From NCBI GenBank assembly GCA_039648975.1, contig JBBWZK010000135.1, positions 753 through 64,752 of the forward strand: a DNA stretch of 64,000 bases, written 5' to 3'. Both the position numbers and the translations under genes were made by a program. Under the pieces are notes generated by a model. The model saw nothing but the letters and a program-made list of their open reading frames with translations. It was not told the origin of the DNA and did not search any database. Position 1 is the stretch's first letter, and the number at the start of each line of letters is the position of its first letter. Source of the stretch: Blastocatellia bacterium (GTDB lineage: Bacteria > Acidobacteriota > Blastocatellia > UBA7656). Shown one piece after another: positions 30,405 through 39,202 of this stretch.

Positions 30405-31703
30405 TTAATCCGCGCTCTCGGGCGCGACCAGCTTGCCTTCAAACGCCTTTTTCAAGATGCTCTGCCGCAACGCTTCGGCCTGTCGCAAAGAGGCGGCGAT
30501 GGTTTCTTCGAGCTTATCGCAGACGCTCAGACGGCTTTCGATCTCCTGCACAATGCGTTGTTGTTCTCCGAGTAAGCAAAGAGGCAGTTCTAGTTTTGAG
30601 ATTTTGCCTAAACTTAAAGTATGCAATCCCGAAGTCGAGCTTGCTTGTTCCTTGATTTTATCTCTTCCAATTCTTGAACAAAAAAAATGCAAAGCATATG
30701 CAGGTGCTATTCGTTCTGATAGCCGAGCCTTTATCAAATGATTTTGATGAACGCAATTTTCAATAGCGCCATTCCAAATTGCCACACGGCCAATCTGCTC
30801 AATACTGCCATTACCTTCGACAAAAAGTAGATCATTCTTTTTAAGCTTTACTCGCTCTACTTCATTCGCATTCAAACCAATCGTATGAATATCAGTTAAA
30901 TTGAGTGAGTTGAAATAGACATTAGCCACTCTAAGAAAAGGCAATTTCAATTCAAGCTTTTCTCTTTTACTATTCTTTGTAAGTCCGCCTGAAACCTTTG
31001 CAACATCACTCAGTTTTACCCATGTCCAGCCGTTCGGCAACTCGCCGTCGGACACATTTTCATTCGTCAGCTTGCCTTCAAAAGCCCACTTCAACACGGC
31101 CTGGCGGTAGGTCTTTAATTGAGCTTGCGCGATTTTGAGGCTTGCCACACCTGCTTCCAATTCGCTGAAGAGTTCTTCGATCTTGGCGACAATGCGTTGT
31201 TGCTCGGCAAGCGGCGGAAGTGGGAATAGGATGGTTGCCAAATTTTTTCTAGATATTCTTTTTCTTGTCGTCCCGCTTTGAAGTTTTTCAATTTCATTTC
31301 TAAATACAGGGCAATTAATTGCATACATCAAGAACTTATTATTGACTGCGTTCAATCCAGTGCGAATGATAGCAACATCAACTGCCGTTACATATTTGTT
31401 TTCACCTTTCAGGGGGAAAATACAAGCCCTACCAATAGGGTCAGGCATACGAGCAACAAGGACATCACCTTCTTTTAGAAAAGTACAATTTAGTTCGTTG
31501 GCTCTTTGCAAAGTTAGAAATCTTGCGGATTTATTTTTGAAACTTCCATCGCCAATATCAGCCAATTGTATTAGTCGGACTTCGCCATTAGGATTTTGAT
31601 CCTTGGTTTCAATCCAATCTCCATCAACAAACATTCCATCACGGGAAATCAGTTTATCGATAGTCCCAACATCCCAATTTTTCGGTAATCCATTCAAGGC
31701 CAT
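30405..31703 (-). CDS. hsdS: type I restriction-modification system, specificity subunit
   Basis: Track ORF 30405..31793 is extended through a REP; the true start is ATG 31703 (MALNGLPKNWDV). There are two AT-rich target-recognition regions. They are separated and followed by conserved helical repeats: LPPLAEQQRIVAKIEELFSELE...AFEGKL and LPLCLLGEQQRIVQEIESRLSVCD...AFEGKL. Confidence 0.9.
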   Translation of the reverse strand: MALNGLPKNWDVGTIDKLISRDGMFVDGDWIETKDQNPNGEVRLIQLADIGDGSFKNKSARFLTLQRANELNCTFLKEGDVLVARMPDPIGRACIFPLKGENKYVTAVDVAIIRTGLNAVNNKFLMYAINCPVFRNEIEKLQSGTTRKRISRKNLATILFPLPPLAEQQRIVAKIEELFSELEAGVASLKIAQAQLKTYRQAVLKWAFEGKLTNENVSDGELPNGWTWVKLSDVAKVSGGLTKNSKREKLELKLPFLRVANVYFNSLNLTDIHTIGLNANEVERVKLKKNDLLFVEGNGSIEQIGRVAIWNGAIENCVHQNHLIKARLSERIAPAYALHFFCSRIGRDKIKEQASSTSGLHTLSLGKISKLELPLCLLGEQQRIVQEIESRLSVCDKLEETIAASLRQAEALRQSILKKAFEGKLVAPESAD

Positions 31704-31726
31704 AAATTTTAATCGATCCTCAAGCA

Positions 31727-31772
31727 ACCGGCGGCTCTGCCGCCTGATGTGCGGAAAGGCTCGGCCTTTCCG
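31727..31772. repeat. single REP unit (same family as 29411-29740) between hsdR stop and hsdS start
   Basis: ccggcggctctgccgcctgatgtgcggaaaggctcggcctttccgg, read directly. Confidence 0.85.
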
Positions 31773-31817
31773 GCAAGTGGATAATAAATTCATTGAGGCT
31801 GCGCCTCAATGTCTTAA

Positions 31818-34604
31818 CTACACCGCCAAAGCCTCATTCATCTCTTCGATAATCGCATCCATTTCGCTGCCGAAAAGCTGATACATTTTGCCGAGTCCGC
31901 CCGCCGGGGCAAACGGCTCATACTCGAAATCGTCGCGCTCGATGTGAAACGAATTCGCGACGTGGTCTTTGATCATTCTGAGCCATGCCATCTGTTCTTC
32001 GTTGAATTTCAAGGCTCCGGCCTGTTTGCCGAAAACCCACGTCTGAAAATTGCGGTCAACCGTTCTGCCGTATTCGGTCAACGTCGCGTCAATGCCGCAG
32101 ACACGGCGCACCAGCGACACCATAGCAATCAATTCGTTGCCGGGCGAACCGTTCACCGTTTCCAATTGCTGATACGCCCGCCAGACGTTGAGCGGCGCCA
32201 GGTGCGGTCGCCCGCTACGCAATTTGTCGCACAGTTCGCGAATCATCGCGTAAGTCAATTCGCGGCGGCGAACGGGCTGGCTATAAAAAATCTGCAACGC
32301 GGTGATTTCGTCTTTATGCTCGGCGATCCACACGGCGAAATCGCTGATCATCGCCGTCGCCTGTTCCTGATTGTCGGCGTTCCATCCGGCGTTGATCAGC
32401 TTGTCGGGATTGATGATGTCGATAATCTGATCGAGCGCTTTGCGCAGGTTGACGACCAGTTCATTCAGTTCGCCTGTAAAAACTTCGGCGGCCTGTTCAA
32501 TGATCTCCGCGTGCCGGGCATTGAGCTTTTCTTCGACTTGTTCAGGCGCAAGCGGCGGCGACTGGCGGTTGATTTGCTCGCGCAATGCGTCGAGTTGATC
32601 GGCATCATAGGCGGTCAGCAAATTTCTGGCGACTTCCTTGATCGACCGGCCACCGGATTTGTCCTTGAACTGCTCGCGCTGTTTGTCGCTGATCTGTTTA
32701 TCGAGACGAATCAAGCGATTGGCCAGCGAAGAAAAAACGTCTTCGTCGCGCACGCCGACGGCGACCGCCGCGAGCAAATCTTTCAGCGCCACGCCCGGAT
32801 TTCTTTCGAGCGGCTGGCTGTCGGTCTTACAGCTTCGAGTGACGCCGACGGCATCGACGATGACGAAATGGTCTTTGGTAAACTTGGCGGTCCTGGAAAC
32901 TTTGCGCAGATCATCAAGCTCAATCGTTCGCGTGCCGCGCCCTTTCATCTGCTCGAAATAGTTGCGGCTGCGCACGTCGCGCATAAAGAGCAGACACTCC
33001 AGCGGCTTCACATCGGTTCCCGTCGCAATCATATCGACGGTGACGGCAATGCGCGGGTGATAATCGTTGCGAAATTGCGCGAGAATCGATTTCGGGTCTT
33101 CATCGGTTTTGTAGGTCACCTTTTTGCAGAAGCGATTGCCTTCGCCGAACTCTTCGCGGACGATCTGAATAATGTCGTCGGCGTGGCTATCGGTCTTGGC
33201 AAAGATCAGCGTTTTGGGAATCTCGAACTCGCCGTTCTCGTCCCGCCGGTCGGGAAACATTTCGGGCAGACGCGCTTTGAAGGTGCGAATCACCAGCCGT
33301 ATTTGATTGGGATTGACGACGGAATTATCCAGATGAGTCGCCGTGTAGGTTGTGTCTTCGTCAAGCTGTTGCCATCGTTTCTTGCGCGAGAGTTTGTCGC
33401 GGCGGTCTATGAATTCGCCCATCTTCAGCGTCGCGCCTTGTTTTGTGATTTCGGTTTCGATGAGGTAATTGTTGAAGCCGACATTGACGCCGTCAATCAC
33501 GGCTTGCTCGTGGGTGTATTCGCTGACGATGTTTTGATTGAAATAACCGAAGGTGCGATTGTCGGGCGTCGCAGTCAAGCCGATTTGAAAGGCGTCGAAG
33601 TATTCCAAGACCTGTTTCCAGAGGTTGTAAATGCTGCGGTGGCATTCGTCAATCACGACGAAATCGAAAAACTCAATCGGCAGTTTCTCGCTATAAGCAA
33701 CCGGCACAGGTTCTTTCGGTAGCCAGTGCTCGTTGGGGTTTTCGAGCTCGGCGGATTCGTCCAGTTCCGTGCCTCGCAGAATCGAATACAACCGCTGAAT
33801 GGTGCTGATGTAAACCTGATTGTCGGTCGGGATGTAGGCGGATTTCAAGCGATGCACGCCGTAAAGTTCGGTGAATTTGCGATTGTCGTCATTCGGCAGG
33901 TAGGCCATGAATTCCTGCTCGGCCTGTTCGCCGAGATTCTTCGTATCGACCAGGAACAGGATGCGTTTGGCGTTGGTGTATTTCAGCAGACGGTAAATGA
34001 AAGTGATCGCGGTGAACGTCTTGCCTGAACCCGTCGCCATTTGAATCAAGGCTTTCGGCTGATTCTTCCTGAAAGATATTTCAAGATGATTGATCGCAAT
34101 GATCTGGCAGTCGCGCAAATACGCAATCGGTAACTCAGGCAACTTCTGCAAATCGTTCCGCAAAGTACACGGCTGTTTCAACCAATCGCGCAAAGTCTCG
34201 GCACGGTGAAAGGAAAAGACGGGGCGCGAACGCGGTTTCAAATCGCGGTAATCGGTAAAGCGTGTCAGTTCTCCCGTGCTCTCATAAACAAACGGCAGTG
34301 GGTCGTTGTTAAGGTATTTGAGCTTTGCCTGTGCGTAATCTGTTGATTGATCTTCAATCTGGGTCAGTCGGAATCCTTCGCCTGCTTTTTTGGCTTCGAT
34401 TACTCCAACGGGCTTTTTATCAACAAACAAAACGTAATCGGCAGGCCCCACATCGGTTTGATATTCGCGCACCGCGACGCCTGGCGAAGCGCCGAGATTG
34501 ATTTGCTTCTTGCTCTGCACCGCCCAACCGCAAGCGCGGAGTTGCTTATCAATCTGGTCGCGAGCAAGCTGTTCCGGGTTTTGGTTTGTCGTCTTGTCTG
34601 GCAT
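31818..34604 (-). CDS. hsdR: type I restriction enzyme, restriction (helicase/nuclease) subunit
   Basis: 928 aa. N-terminal nuclease-like region. Helicase motif I QMATGSGKTFTA, motif II VIDECHRS, later TATPDNRT and QMKGRGTR. The 592-aa antisense ORF 31944..33722 is a shadow. Confidence 0.9.
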   Translation of the reverse strand: MPDKTTNQNPEQLARDQIDKQLRACGWAVQSKKQINLGASPGVAVREYQTDVGPADYVLFVDKKPVGVIEAKKAGEGFRLTQIEDQSTDYAQAKLKYLNNDPLPFVYESTGELTRFTDYRDLKPRSRPVFSFHRAETLRDWLKQPCTLRNDLQKLPELPIAYLRDCQIIAINHLEISFRKNQPKALIQMATGSGKTFTAITFIYRLLKYTNAKRILFLVDTKNLGEQAEQEFMAYLPNDDNRKFTELYGVHRLKSAYIPTDNQVYISTIQRLYSILRGTELDESAELENPNEHWLPKEPVPVAYSEKLPIEFFDFVVIDECHRSIYNLWKQVLEYFDAFQIGLTATPDNRTFGYFNQNIVSEYTHEQAVIDGVNVGFNNYLIETEITKQGATLKMGEFIDRRDKLSRKKRWQQLDEDTTYTATHLDNSVVNPNQIRLVIRTFKARLPEMFPDRRDENGEFEIPKTLIFAKTDSHADDIIQIVREEFGEGNRFCKKVTYKTDEDPKSILAQFRNDYHPRIAVTVDMIATGTDVKPLECLLFMRDVRSRNYFEQMKGRGTRTIELDDLRKVSRTAKFTKDHFVIVDAVGVTRSCKTDSQPLERNPGVALKDLLAAVAVGVRDEDVFSSLANRLIRLDKQISDKQREQFKDKSGGRSIKEVARNLLTAYDADQLDALREQINRQSPPLAPEQVEEKLNARHAEIIEQAAEVFTGELNELVVNLRKALDQIIDIINPDKLINAGWNADNQEQATAMISDFAVWIAEHKDEITALQIFYSQPVRRRELTYAMIRELCDKLRSGRPHLAPLNVWRAYQQLETVNGSPGNELIAMVSLVRRVCGIDATLTEYGRTVDRNFQTWVFGKQAGALKFNEEQMAWLRMIKDHVANSFHIERDDFEYEPFAPAGGLGKMYQLFGSEMDAIIEEMNEALAV

Positions 34605-35205
34605 CCGCTTTGTGCAGCCCGAACAATTTCCAGGCCGATTTTAGCCCATAAGTTTGCTATGCGCTATGCCGTGCTAATTTCTTTATCGTTTCTTTTGCGA
34701 TAAGGCTGGGGCGGGCAACTCGCCTGAATAATAACCACTGACGATCCGCCTACGAGCAGAAGTTCATATCCGCATATTGATTTGCCGTTGCCCTTACGCT
34801 ATCCCCACGATGTAGGGCATGACATCAAACGCCGATCTCTACGCGAAATCAAAAAGCCAGAAGTTGCACACGCTATTTCAGGGCTATGGAGTTAATCTTA
34901 TGATGGGCATGGGTGGACTAAAGACCTTTGCGGAAGCGGAAAGAATATAATGAGCCGCGGCATCTACTTAATTCAAAGCGACGGTCAACTCGTTGAAATG
35001 ACCGAACGGGCGTATGACTCCGAGGACTTGCTGCATATCATTGCTCCGCCTATCCCTGTAAGAGCAGGGCATCGTCGTTTCGTCTCTCCTCTAAAATCAG
35101 GTTGGCAATCAATTCTTTGTGGTATATTTCTGTTCGGGTTACCACTTCAAAGTAAAGACAGTTTAGCTCTGGTAAGTCTTGCCGTTTCTGCGAACAGAAT
35201 AGCGA

Positions 35206-35315
35206 CTTAGAGCGGTTTTTAATCGGATGTAGCGCAAGCGGTTAGCTTGCGCAGCGACTCGCGCAAGCTAACCGCCTTGCGCTACATGGCAAACGCATTT
35301 GAAAATCGCTCTAAG
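35206..35315. repeat. palindromic GTAGCGCAAGC-type element, two-hairpin copy
   Basis: cttagagcggtttttaatcggatGTAGCGCAAGCggttaGCTTGCGCagcgactcGCGCAAGCtaaccgccTTGCGCTACatggcaaacgcatttgaaaatcgctctaag. The ends are inverted repeats of each other. Confidence 0.85.
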
Positions 35316-35632
35316 GTAAATACTCGCTCTGGTTTTTATGAGTGAGTTGGTTAAGGATAAGTGGCTTTGGAATCTGCTTTGAAAGTTTCCAGACCCGCAG
35401 TTCACCAAACTGTCGCTTAACCGCCGATGATAGTTTTGCTGTCCGTTTGGTGCGTATAACAGTTGGGGGAGCAAGCGAAAACAAAATTCTTGATCCCAAG
35501 GCAGGGGTAATTTTGAAAAGTAATCCTTAGTTCAAAAGTTGCTCTGTAGCGTGGGGCAGTCGGTTGCCGTCGAAGCACCGGCTCTCCGTTTACATCAGCT
35601 CGGCAGAACAATGTCGTTTGAGGAGTGGGAAT

Positions 35633-37210
35633 ATGCAAAGCCCTCAAGGGGAGGCTGAAAACCTCATCGAAGGAAAGAATTCTGTTCCAGTCGAAGCCGG
35701 CGCGGCAAACCCTGCACCCGGAAACGGCGTCGCCGGGACACCGCCGGCCATCAAGTTTGGCCGCATGTTTGCCGACCTCACGCGTTTCAGACCTGACAAT
35801 AAAAAACTGATAGAACTGGGTAAAGCGATGCTACATGGGCCAGACCTTGGCGAACATCCTGATCTGCTCGCCGGTTATACGTACCTGGGCCAGTTCATCA
35901 CGCATGACATGACGTTCGACCATAAGCGGGAGATGCTCCCTGAGCCGGTTGATGAGGTGACGAAAATCCAGCAAGATCGAACGCTTGCTCTTTCCCTGGA
36001 AACCCTCTACGGGATCGGTAAACCTTCGGACAATGCCTCATTGTATGATGATCACGCGGCGCTCCCCGAGCGAACATATTTTAAGGTCGGCGTTACAGAC
36101 CCAGAGACCGAGGGCGGGGCTAGTTGCTCATACCGGAATGACCTGCCGAGAGTCAAAAACCAGAACAAGGCGATGATCGGTGACGAGCGCAATGATGCGA
36201 ACTTGGCGCTCGCGCAACTGACCGTGGCATTTCTCAGATTTCATAATCGGGTTGTAGATCACCTCAAATCGAATAACCACCTCAATGAGGATACGTTATT
36301 TGAGAAGGCGCGCAAGATGGTGGTCCAGCATTTTCAATGGATTGTTCTGAAAGATTTCCTGCCAAAAATCATCGAGACAGAGGTGTTGGAATCGGTATTG
36401 GAACCCGTACTAAAGGATGCTCGTGAAAATCGGCCCAGAAACCTCGATGGCAAATGGCCTTTTATACCGGTCGAGTTTTCAGTCGCGGCCTTCCGCCTGG
36501 GTCATAGCATGGTGCGCAGCGCATACGAATGGAATCGCAATTTTCAGACTCCGAACCCTAAGTCTCGTAACGGCGCCGTGCCGCCCTCTGACCTCTTTCT
36601 ACTTACAGGCCGTGACGGAACGATGGGCGAAGGTGGCGGGGCCTTACCGAGCCGGTGGATTATTGATTGGACTCGCTTTTTCGATTTCAACGGCTTTAAC
36701 GGCATCGCCAATAATCCGAAATTCAACCTGGCGAGAAAGATTGATACGAGCCTTTCTCCTGGTCTAAGAAGCTTCAAGGATTTCATTAGCACGGTTATCG
36801 CGGACCCTGACCTCCGGTCGCTGCCCGTGCTGGACTTGATCCGTGGGAGCCGGCTGGGGCTGCCGACCGGGCAGGACGTTGCAGGCGCGCTAAAAGTAGA
36901 TCCACTTGCGGCGACCAAGATTGCCAATGGCCCTCACCAGGAGATCTTGAAAACCCATCATTTCGATGAGCAAACACCGCTGTGGTACTACATCTTGAAA
37001 GAGGCGGAGGTGCTTCACGAAGGGAAATGTTTGGGGCCGGTTGGCAGTCGCATCGTCGCGGAAACGGTCATCGAACTCATGTGGGTGAGCCAGCATTCCA
37101 TTCTCAAAGAGCCCAATTGGAGACCCGAGTTGTGGCAAAAAAAAGAAGGGGAATTTGGCATGGCTGACCTGCTAGTTTTTGCGAATGTCGTCAATCCTCT
37201 GGGCTGTTAA
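35633..37210 (+). CDS. animal-haem-peroxidase-family protein (cytoplasmic; no signal peptide seen)
   Basis: Track ORF 35564..37210, trimmed to ATG 35633 (AGGAG upstream). Distal-His block YLGQFITHDMTFD, then ERNDANLALAQLTVAFLRFHNRVV, proximal-His block FSVAAFRLGHSMV. Confidence 0.8.
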   Translation: MQSPQGEAENLIEGKNSVPVEAGAANPAPGNGVAGTPPAIKFGRMFADLTRFRPDNKKLIELGKAMLHGPDLGEHPDLLAGYTYLGQFITHDMTFDHKREMLPEPVDEVTKIQQDRTLALSLETLYGIGKPSDNASLYDDHAALPERTYFKVGVTDPETEGGASCSYRNDLPRVKNQNKAMIGDERNDANLALAQLTVAFLRFHNRVVDHLKSNNHLNEDTLFEKARKMVVQHFQWIVLKDFLPKIIETEVLESVLEPVLKDARENRPRNLDGKWPFIPVEFSVAAFRLGHSMVRSAYEWNRNFQTPNPKSRNGAVPPSDLFLLTGRDGTMGEGGGALPSRWIIDWTRFFDFNGFNGIANNPKFNLARKIDTSLSPGLRSFKDFISTVIADPDLRSLPVLDLIRGSRLGLPTGQDVAGALKVDPLAATKIANGPHQEILKTHHFDEQTPLWYYILKEAEVLHEGKCLGPVGSRIVAETVIELMWVSQHSILKEPNWRPELWQKKEGEFGMADLLVFANVVNPLGC

Positions 37211-37270
37211 AAAATGGCTTCAGAGCGCACACGTGCAGTTCCTGAAAATAAATCGAAAAGGAGAGCGACC

Positions 37271-37675
37271 ATGGCTAAAAAGATCATTGCTAAGTTGAGA
37301 GCAATAAATGCTCAGGTAGAATTGGAATTGGCCGAGGCGAAATTGGCCAATCTTGAAGATCCGACGATATCGACAGAGTCAGATCTTGCCAAAATCCTGT
37401 CCGACCTCGCTTTGCAGGCGATCCAGGGGGGCCGCGATTCTGCTGCCTGGAAAGCCTATATGCGTAAAATCGTCGGCACGGACAACCCTGACTCTCTGCA
37501 ATTCAAGCGGCTGACCTTTCAGGATGACCTGCGAGGTCAAGACTACGTAGTAAAAAGTAATGTCTACATCGTTGCTAACGCGGTTTGTGGCAGCAACACG
37601 CGGACCAATACCCTGGCAAACGTAGAGACCGAAGGTACAGACATTATCGACAAAGATCTGGCTGCGGAGGCCTGA
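37271..37675 (+). CDS. 134-aa hypothetical protein with helical N-terminal half ending in a double-glycine-leader-like motif
   Basis: Track ORF 37214..37675. ATG 37271 has AAGGAG 7-8 nt upstream; ATG 37214 (3 nt after the peroxidase stop) is the alternative. ...DLAKILSDLALQAIQGG at residues 38-54. Stop TGA 37673-37675 lies 1 nt before the next ATG. Confidence 0.6.
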   Translation: MAKKIIAKLRAINAQVELELAEAKLANLEDPTISTESDLAKILSDLALQAIQGGRDSAAWKAYMRKIVGTDNPDSLQFKRLTFQDDLRGQDYVVKSNVYIVANAVCGSNTRTNTLANVETEGTDIIDKDLAAEA

Positions 37676-37676
37676 G

Positions 37677-39128
37677 ATGAACCGGGAAGCAGGTGAAATT
37701 GAACGACCATCTGATGCTGCCCGCCGCGATGCGAATGCCATTGCGCAATCGCTATCGCGGTTGTGGCAGCGTCTTTGTAAAACTTATTTGCCTGTAGCGC
37801 CGGAAGATTCAATCTGGAGCTTCAGCCGCGCCATAAAGGCGAGCGACCCGGAGCAGGGCTGGAAGCTTCATGTTTCGGCAAACCTGCTGACGGCCTGCGA
37901 AGTCCTCGAACGGGTTGCCCCATTTCTACAGGCCCGCGAGGTTCTCTTTAAGGCCCCTTCGACATTGCAATGGCTCAGTCAACTCAACTGCGGCCTTGAT
38001 CGGGAGTATAGCCAGGTCGGGAAGTTCATTACCGTCTATCCTGGCAGTGACGAAGAGGCGGTTTTTCTGGCGCGGCGGTTGCACAAAATGACTCTTGGCC
38101 GATCCGCTCCCGCCGTGCCGTTTGATCTGAAGTTCCGGCCCGATAGCTCTGTTTATTATCGCTATGGGGGCTTCAAGGCATTGGAAATCATTAACCCTGA
38201 CGGCACCCGCACGCCGGCCATCCGAAATCAGAATGGCGAGCTGATCTCGGACTTATGCAAAGACGGAGCTGCGAGGCCCGTCTGGATATCTGATCCTTTT
38301 ATTAATCAACAGACGCGACGCAAACCAAAGATGATTGAGAATCCGTTCAGCACCAATCTTCTGGTGCTTCGCGCCTTGAGCCAGAGGGGAAAAGGAGGCG
38401 TCTACCAGGGCATTGATCTGAGCGATTCGAAGCCGCGCCTTTGCATCATAAAAGAAGGGCGTCATGGTGGCGAGATAGGCTGGGATGGCCGCGACGGCAA
38501 CTGGAGAGTACGAAATGAAGAATGGGTACTGCGGAGCTTGCGAGTTGCGGGCCTCAACGTTCCGCGTACTTACTCTTCCTTTGAACTCGAACGCAATTAC
38601 TATCTGGTGACAGAATTCATTGAGGGCGACACGCTCCAGAGGCGGCTGAACAAGAGAAAGCGGCGGTTGAGCATCACTCAAGCGCTGCGCTATGGCCATG
38701 AGATTGCGCGCCTTATATCCAAGATCCACGCCGCCGGTTGGGCATGGCGCGATTGTAAGCCGGCCAATCTGCTGGTGACGACGAAAGGCGAATTAAGGCC
38801 GGTCGATTTTGAAGGGGCTTGTCCCTTGGATAAGCCGGATCCTTTGCCCTGGAATACGCCGGAATTCTCTCCTCCGGAATGGCAAGATGCGTGTGCGCCG
38901 CAATCGAGAATAGCTGAAGATATTTATGCGGTCGGGGCGGTCATGCATTATTTATTAACCGGCAGATGGCTTGATGCTTCAAGCCGTGTACGACTATCTG
39001 AATTGCGCCCAAACGTACCTGCTTTCGTGTGCGCACTGGTCTCCGACATGGTGGCTAGCGACCCTCAGCAAAGACCCAGCGCCAGGTGCTTGACAGACAA
39101 ATTCAAAGCAGCTTTATCGTTGGCCTAG
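37677..39128 (+). CDS. LanKC/LanL-like phosphoSer/Thr-lyase domain + Ser/Thr kinase domain, no cyclase domain
   Basis: 483 aa, GGAGG 8 nt upstream. N-terminal blocks QGWKLHVSA, FKAPSTL, QVGKFITVYP, VYYRYGGF, ISDPF resemble my memory of the RamC/LabKC N-termini. Kinase motifs GKGGVYQG, CIIKEG, WRDCKPANLLV, VDFEGA, FSPPEW. The protein ends about 60 aa after the kinase core. Confidence 0.65.
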   Translation: MNREAGEIERPSDAARRDANAIAQSLSRLWQRLCKTYLPVAPEDSIWSFSRAIKASDPEQGWKLHVSANLLTACEVLERVAPFLQAREVLFKAPSTLQWLSQLNCGLDREYSQVGKFITVYPGSDEEAVFLARRLHKMTLGRSAPAVPFDLKFRPDSSVYYRYGGFKALEIINPDGTRTPAIRNQNGELISDLCKDGAARPVWISDPFINQQTRRKPKMIENPFSTNLLVLRALSQRGKGGVYQGIDLSDSKPRLCIIKEGRHGGEIGWDGRDGNWRVRNEEWVLRSLRVAGLNVPRTYSSFELERNYYLVTEFIEGDTLQRRLNKRKRRLSITQALRYGHEIARLISKIHAAGWAWRDCKPANLLVTTKGELRPVDFEGACPLDKPDPLPWNTPEFSPPEWQDACAPQSRIAEDIYAVGAVMHYLLTGRWLDASSRVRLSELRPNVPAFVCALVSDMVASDPQQRPSARCLTDKFKAALSLA

Positions 39129-39202
39129 CCGAACCCCCATTCTCTACAGCCAGCTATCCGGGCAGGCTCAAGTCTGTCCATGTGTTGGATGTCGCCATCG
39201 TC

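Noticed and set aside
27895-31793. Long N-terminal extensions of hsdM (to 29643), RAYT (to 30363) and hsdS (to 31793) given by the ORF track
   Set aside because: The extensions are read-through of REP DNA. They give the same odd peptides (RRQSRR, GKAEPFR/GKARPFR, RSGGRA) in unrelated proteins. Canonical N-termini with internal ATGs are present at 29385, 30288 and 31703.
31944-33722. 592-aa plus-strand ORF in the ORF track
   Set aside because: It lies entirely antisense to hsdR, whose helicase motifs are unambiguous. The translation is low-complexity (Arg/Gly/Phe/Asp-rich) with no recognisable motifs. This is a shadow ORF.
34950-35210. 86-aa ORF upstream of hsdR (MSRGIYLIQSDGQLVEMTERAYDSEDLL...)
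   Set aside because: The first ~28 aa resemble the N-termini of small nuclease-type proteins often found near R-M genes. The rest is an implausible read-through ending inside the REP at 35206. At best it is a truncated remnant, which is not enough to annotate.
37677-39128. Calling this gene a complete class III/IV lanthipeptide synthetase
   Set aside because: Only the lyase-like and kinase parts are present (483 aa versus roughly 850-900 aa for LanKC/LanL). No cyclase domain or separate LanC-like ORF was seen in the window, so it is reported as a cyclase-less relative.
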